Below, piece after piece: positions 56,101 through 59,716 of a stretch of 59,716 bases of DNA (position 1 is the stretch's first letter; the number at the start of each line of letters is the position of its first letter). The translations under genes were made by a program, and so were the position numbers. The notes under the pieces were generated by a model. It worked only from the letters and a program-made list of their open reading frames with translations, was not told where the DNA came from and ran no database searches. Origin of the DNA: a virus (taxonomy: Duplodnaviria; Caudoviricetes); the IMG/VR virus record IMGVR_UViG_3300046804_002051, positions 1 through 59,716 of that record. The stretch is one strand, 5' to 3'.

Positions 56101-59100
56101 CTGCAATAGCTTGTTCTGTATCTTTAATTTTTTCAAGTCTTGTTTTACCCATAGCAGCACTATCAGGTTCACCTTGTTCATCTCGATAGCTATATATTAA
56201 GTCATTTATTGTTTGGAATGCTGCGGCAACATCAAATCTAGATTTTGCAACTTCATTCATTTTTGCTTGAAGTTCTCTTAATTCAGTAATTAATCCAATT
56301 CTAGAGTTCCAATATTCTTCATCAAACTCCATTCTGAGGTTTTGTCTTCTCCATTTCTCAAGTTCAGTTCTAAATTCTGCTGATCCAGGGAAAATATTTT
56401 TAGTTGCAAGTCCATCTACAAATTCATTGTAAGCACTCTGTAACATACCTTCAATCGGTCTCCATTCATAGAATCCTTTTGTAGCTGCTCTATGTTCTAA
56501 TAGAACTTTAGCAATACTTAGGTCATATACATTTCTAGATGGGTCATCTATTTTAGGTGTACCATCTTCATATGTCAGTGAATACAACTGTTGGAACTCT
56601 CTAAATGCAGCTTGTATAGTAGAATACTTTTCAAATCTTTCAAGCTCATTTTCCATGGAGTTTACCAAGTTATTAAAAGCTTGAAGTTTTTGTTTTCTTA
56701 CATAGTATGCTAATTGACCTACCTCAGAGTTTTTAAAGATATCATCCTTCTCATAGAACTCAGGAACAAACTCCTGCCACATGTAATCTTTTTTAAATTC
56801 ATCAAACTCCATTTGAGCTTGAGCAATTTTATTGACATCTTCTGTTTTCTTTGCTTCATCTAAGTTATACTCTAACAAGTCATAATGATATCTATAGTTT
56901 TTAAAAGCACCAAGATAACTCCATACTTCTTTTTCAACCGGTTTACCAGTTTGTTTATCAACCCAGAATACTTTGTCTTTGAATCCCATCTTCTCTCTCA
57001 TTGCAATGGAATTCATTTTGCTAAAGCCTACTTTAGGTAATAGTTTTTCAAGCTTACCTCTAAACTTCATAGACTGTTCCCAAACTAAATTCTGCACCTG
57101 AGTCTTTTCATTCTGAATAAACATAGCTAATGGACCCACTATAACATCATTACTAGAACTATATGATTCTAACCATCTATTAAACCAGGTAACATCATGA
57201 GCTCCTCCAGTAAGTGCAGCTTTAATCTTATCTTCATCAACAACCATCTCTTTATATTCTTTCAAGAAACCACTTAGGACATCTGAAGGAACACCTTTTT
57301 GTATTAATGCATTTACATCTTCTTCAGTAAGTTTTTGCTCAACTACTTTGTTATATAAATCATTTACTTCACGTTCTAATTGTTCTGTTGGAAATGTTTG
57401 TTTTAAAGCAATACCTAAATTAGTACGAAGTCTATCCTGAACATACTTAGACATATATCCAGTAATTTCTACATAAAACTGAACATTATTATTTTTTAGA
57501 ATTGTAGCAATGTTTGTATTGATTCTAGTAATATTCAGTACTATTTCATTTAAAGTTTTATAGAATGGATTAGTAGTATCTACAAATCCTCCTTCTAATG
57601 TCAATGCCTCATCAATTTCTTGTATCATTTTTAACCAAGCCTTTGAATTAGATTTATAAAGCATCAACAATGCAATAGTACTTCTGTTATTAATGTTAGC
57701 TTTAGCAAGTTTAGATATATCCATCAACATGTTCTTTGTCATACTGTTGATTGTATCCAAACTATTTACCAGTGCAGTAGCTCTTTGAAGATCTACATCT
57801 AGTTCTTCTTTAGCACTATCTAATGCATTTTGTATGAGTTCATTTTCAGACTTACCTTCAATATTTGCATCTAAGTTCTCTCTTAAAGTTCTTACAACAT
57901 CACGGATATATCTATTAGTACCTTTTTCAAATATTGATTCTTTCAATAATTTTCTAGATGCTTTGTCTCCTTTAAATGCTTCAACTTCAGATAATATTCT
58001 TTTAGTTGTTTCAAATGTACTTCTAACAACTTTTTGCATAGACTCTTTATTAGAAAACTTGTTTAGTTCCCGGGCTCGTTCAACAACTTCTCTGGAAAAC
58101 ATTGCAAGGTCTTCTTCATTTACTCTATCTGTTTTAAAGTCAAAGTCTTTATCCAAGAGCATATCTGCCATCTCCTCTAATGAAGTATCCACATCTAACT
58201 TGGCTACATCTATTTTATTACCAAATAGTTTTCTAAAGAACTGTTTGATTGCAGCGAGAAGTTTATTCATAAAGTTTTTATACCCTTCAGTTTCAATGTC
58301 ATTATTGATTCTGTTAAGAGCCTTTAACTGCATTGCATATGCTAATACTTCTTCCTTAAATAGATCTGAGTTTTCTTCAAGTTCTGGATAGTTGTTTACT
58401 ACATAGTAATAGATACCCTGACCTTCTTCAGTAGAGATTGCTTGATTGTAGAGATTCTGAAATAGGATGTTGTTGGTCTGTCTCAATGCGTTCAAGACCG
58501 GGTGTGAGAATTCGTGTAGTACAGTTCTCACATTAACATTATCTCCTACTACATAAACTGTACCTGCATAGTAAAATGCTGGTTCTCCGTTATACTTAAC
58601 TGGTCTGTTCTTTAAAATATCTGCAGCTTGTTCAGCTGTTACGTTTCTGAATTGTGTATTAGTACTGAGTGATAATCTTTGAGCAAGTACTTCGGCAATT
58701 TCTTTTGATCTTTGATCTTGTAATTGTTCAAGATTAACATTCATAAATAATACTCCATTGATTTCTTGAAGAGTAGGATCTATTTTAGATTCTATTATCT
58801 CTTCCTCAGATTCAACAGGAAGATCTCTCATCATCATTGGTTGATCAGGTCTGGCGTTAAATAACTGCTGGAGTCTTTCAAAGAGTTGGACGTTAGGTTC
58901 AGCTCTTAATATTCTTACCTTAGCATCTCTATAGTAAGTTGATCTATATGGATCAATATGTTCGGACATGTTTACACTAAATAGTTTATTACCATTAGTT
59001 TCAAGACCGTACTTTAACTCTGCTGCAGCAGTGAGTTTATCATTTAATTCATCAAATAATTCTTCATTGATGATTCTTCTGATATCATCAGTTGCTCCTT

Positions 59101-59146
59101 TTTTTTCTAGATACTTTATAGAGTTTATTTTTACGTCACAAACCAT
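53171..59146 (-). CDS. giant virion cargo/ejection protein with zincin HExxH, LysM domain and C-terminal TM helix
   Basis: 1991 aa; VLHEFSH ... EEVLA; YTKGESLESIAKKYYIPVEELKAKNRI ... GQELII (LysM); AFFAIGLALLGLMIFGF. Confidence 0.75.
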   Translation of the reverse strand: MVCDVKINSIKYLEKKGATDDIRRIINEELFDELNDKLTAAAELKYGLETNGNKLFSVNMSEHIDPYRSTYYRDAKVRILRAEPNVQLFERLQQLFNARPDQPMMMRDLPVESEEEIIESKIDPTLQEINGVLFMNVNLEQLQDQRSKEIAEVLAQRLSLSTNTQFRNVTAEQAADILKNRPVKYNGEPAFYYAGTVYVVGDNVNVRTVLHEFSHPVLNALRQTNNILFQNLYNQAISTEEGQGIYYYVVNNYPELEENSDLFKEEVLAYAMQLKALNRINNDIETEGYKNFMNKLLAAIKQFFRKLFGNKIDVAKLDVDTSLEEMADMLLDKDFDFKTDRVNEEDLAMFSREVVERARELNKFSNKESMQKVVRSTFETTKRILSEVEAFKGDKASRKLLKESIFEKGTNRYIRDVVRTLRENLDANIEGKSENELIQNALDSAKEELDVDLQRATALVNSLDTINSMTKNMLMDISKLAKANINNRSTIALLMLYKSNSKAWLKMIQEIDEALTLEGGFVDTTNPFYKTLNEIVLNITRINTNIATILKNNNVQFYVEITGYMSKYVQDRLRTNLGIALKQTFPTEQLEREVNDLYNKVVEQKLTEEDVNALIQKGVPSDVLSGFLKEYKEMVVDEDKIKAALTGGAHDVTWFNRWLESYSSSNDVIVGPLAMFIQNEKTQVQNLVWEQSMKFRGKLEKLLPKVGFSKMNSIAMREKMGFKDKVFWVDKQTGKPVEKEVWSYLGAFKNYRYHYDLLEYNLDEAKKTEDVNKIAQAQMEFDEFKKDYMWQEFVPEFYEKDDIFKNSEVGQLAYYVRKQKLQAFNNLVNSMENELERFEKYSTIQAAFREFQQLYSLTYEDGTPKIDDPSRNVYDLSIAKVLLEHRAATKGFYEWRPIEGMLQSAYNEFVDGLATKNIFPGSAEFRTELEKWRRQNLRMEFDEEYWNSRIGLITELRELQAKMNEVAKSRFDVAAAFQTINDLIYSYRDEQGEPDSAAMGKTRLEKIKDTEQAIADFKFQYDMSTGLSKEDAEELNELSYKARKGLLQAGSAESRRYFYLLDMQEKEGINPADAARIQEIFSELSELTENLPTTHYIEALNYNLSKQNIKELDADEIDEYINSDEFQDILDADEGFKEWFNLNHYTINVYDKKSRGYVPKYKRTKANSVAIPRDSSYIKFTKILDREGNEVVLMGVPNARHSRYEVKDQYRTIPFAASKEDYVGKYVDNKNQWLPRMFQPGQKYSAKDNRFMNERYFQMQASNSAEFELLEAIKEYHLQNQKGMSNYSKLYLDMPRYSIKKGDIWQSLQKASYGSRFSEIGSNIKEWTKQLIGRSVTDSERTSDKYALANEFNYDPNNNLVNTDLDGNQISYIPVSGIYNLEIENQDADIFQGLFKYALSIQTQGKLLESLPLVNSILDTLEDPDNAPKDLEKFDKNIYSLKGALTFAKKKFATNNRLGQVKSLIEREYHGKMVEGIEETHPQFSKWVNTIQGLSARGSLAVNLPSDLKNKYGAYVQLIIEGSGAEFINLKDIALARPWAEKAMLEWSTKGIYQTGPGAISTQLVQIFDPNFKTKDEFGREVERSMIKDLVNMEWMYMHRKFGEMQVAMSLFGAFMYGQKVEQVMSDGSKKTLRYIEAWEKDEEGIIRLKPGIHPGWSNLPVYHEYTKGESLESIAKKYYIPVEELKAKNRIKSEVQLEDGQELIISKSELFMGLKNRIQGTSRKLFGAYDEMGQPEGNKLLLYRMFFFMRKWFTPMLMNRFGFDSKTIGWTRGGERYDWATTSYGKGFYITAFQAMLKTLKSGFRNYNYLTDQEKTAVRKLSTEAFFAIGLALLGLMIFGFDPDDDEKWKKLRGKSGAINQDTFNTYGFMSNHMLLLMMGVQAETSAFVPLPSIKGVNFGADDYTKMLTQTTSAWYNTIVLYIDIFGDVLDFVTFSEMDRYKRDTGPYSWKEKGDLKLWNKLGKAVGFTGSTGDPVTSFENQFKNQAKGN

Positions 59147-59147
59147 A

Positions 59148-59716
59148 TTACGAACATTTAAATGGATCTTCTTCTAATTCCAATTGCATTAATATTTCTT
59201 CATCTGAGATTCCTTGACTAGAACTAACAGCTTCTCTTACCTGGTCATATTTTGTTGATCCAGGATTGATATAACCAAACTCTTCAAATAATCTCTTACT
59301 TAAATATACGAATAATTCTTGAGGCATGGTGTTAGGATCACCAAAACCATACTCAGGAAATGCAAGTTTACCATCTTTTTCTTGAATTTGTTTCAGTATA
59401 TTTATTCTTTTCTCCCAAATATTTTTAAGTGTCTGATATTGATCTGGAGTAATATCTATCTTTTTACCATTTACAACACTTGCAAACAAATTAGTTGGAA
59501 AGTTAACTGACATATCTCCTACTTCTGTCATAAAGTAAGCAGAACCTCCAAGATTTCTACCTGCAGCAATTTGCTCAGGTTTAATTTCATAAATACTGAT
59601 ATTATGTACAAAGACTACATCCGGGTTATTTTTACCTAGATTTAAATAGTATGTTGCATTCTTAGCATTTGTATCATTATATGAATATACATTTGGATTA
59701 TCAGTAGTTTTAAGAC
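59148..59716 (-). CDS. 3' end of a longer gene entering from the right edge (probably another giant cargo protein, possibly the virion RNA polymerase)
   Basis: frame of the 127-aa ORF stays open to the window edge (...LGKNNPDVVFVHNISIYEIKPEQIAAGRNLGGSAYF-MTEV...). Confidence 0.65.
   Translation of the reverse strand, partial: LKTTDNPNVYSYNDTNAKNATYYLNLGKNNPDVVFVHNISIYEIKPEQIAAGRNLGGSAYFMTEVGDMSVNFPTNLFASVVNGKKIDITPDQYQTLKNIWEKRINILKQIQEKDGKLAFPEYGFGDPNTMPQELFVYLSKRLFEEFGYINPGSTKYDQVREAVSSSQGISDEEILMQLELEEDPFKCS

Noticed and set aside
57834-58391. 185-aa plus-strand ORF and other short ORFs overlapping real genes (e.g. 2420, 8903, 10234, 10526, 13130, 22268, 22571, 22593, 27102, 37054, 49348)
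   Set aside because: Antisense or alternate-frame shadows with Ser/Phe/Leu-biased composition, lying within well-supported genes.
1-59716. Stop-codon reassignment as in some gut crAss-like phages
   Set aside because: Long genes are intact in code 11, TAG and TGA end genes at normal junctions, and the only tRNA seen is Arg, not a suppressor.
1-59716. Prophage or integrative element
   Set aside because: No integrase, repressor switch, att site or flanking host genes; host-like genes (trxA, clpS, ung) are embedded in phage operons.

Overview
This AT-rich, densely coding window (standard genetic code, no introns or inteins evident) is a large part of a crAss-like (Crassvirales-type) podophage genome. 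TAnnTTTG promoters, A-rich Shine-Dalgarno-less leaders and Q-rule signal peptides point to a Bacteroidota, probably flavobacterial, host. It has three blocks. (1) 1-21.7 kb, minus strand: late/structural genes, including tail fibres, a lysis cassette, HU/IHF, a PD-(D/E)XK nuclease, terminase, portal, putative scaffold, major capsid protein and a GroES-like protein. (2) A structured divergent switch at about 21.75-22.2 kb, followed by plus-strand early/middle genes to 53 kb: thioredoxin, tRNA-Arg(UCU), HNH, SF2 helicase, ClpS, a spore-photoproduct-lyase-like radical SAM enzyme, an HTH-sigma4-alphaCTD protein, UDG, DnaB, Sak4-like ATPase, primase, GIY-YIG, a vWA/MoxR module, RecE-like nuclease, PolB and a MazG-like NTP-PPase. 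(3) 53-59.7 kb, minus strand: giant virion-cargo genes. The most unusual signals are a MoxR/vWA module with a motif shared by three phage proteins, promoter-terminator units without ORFs (candidate sRNAs), several repeated regulatory motifs, and a sigma4/alpha-CTD hybrid regulator. All family calls come from recognising motifs by eye; no database searches were run.
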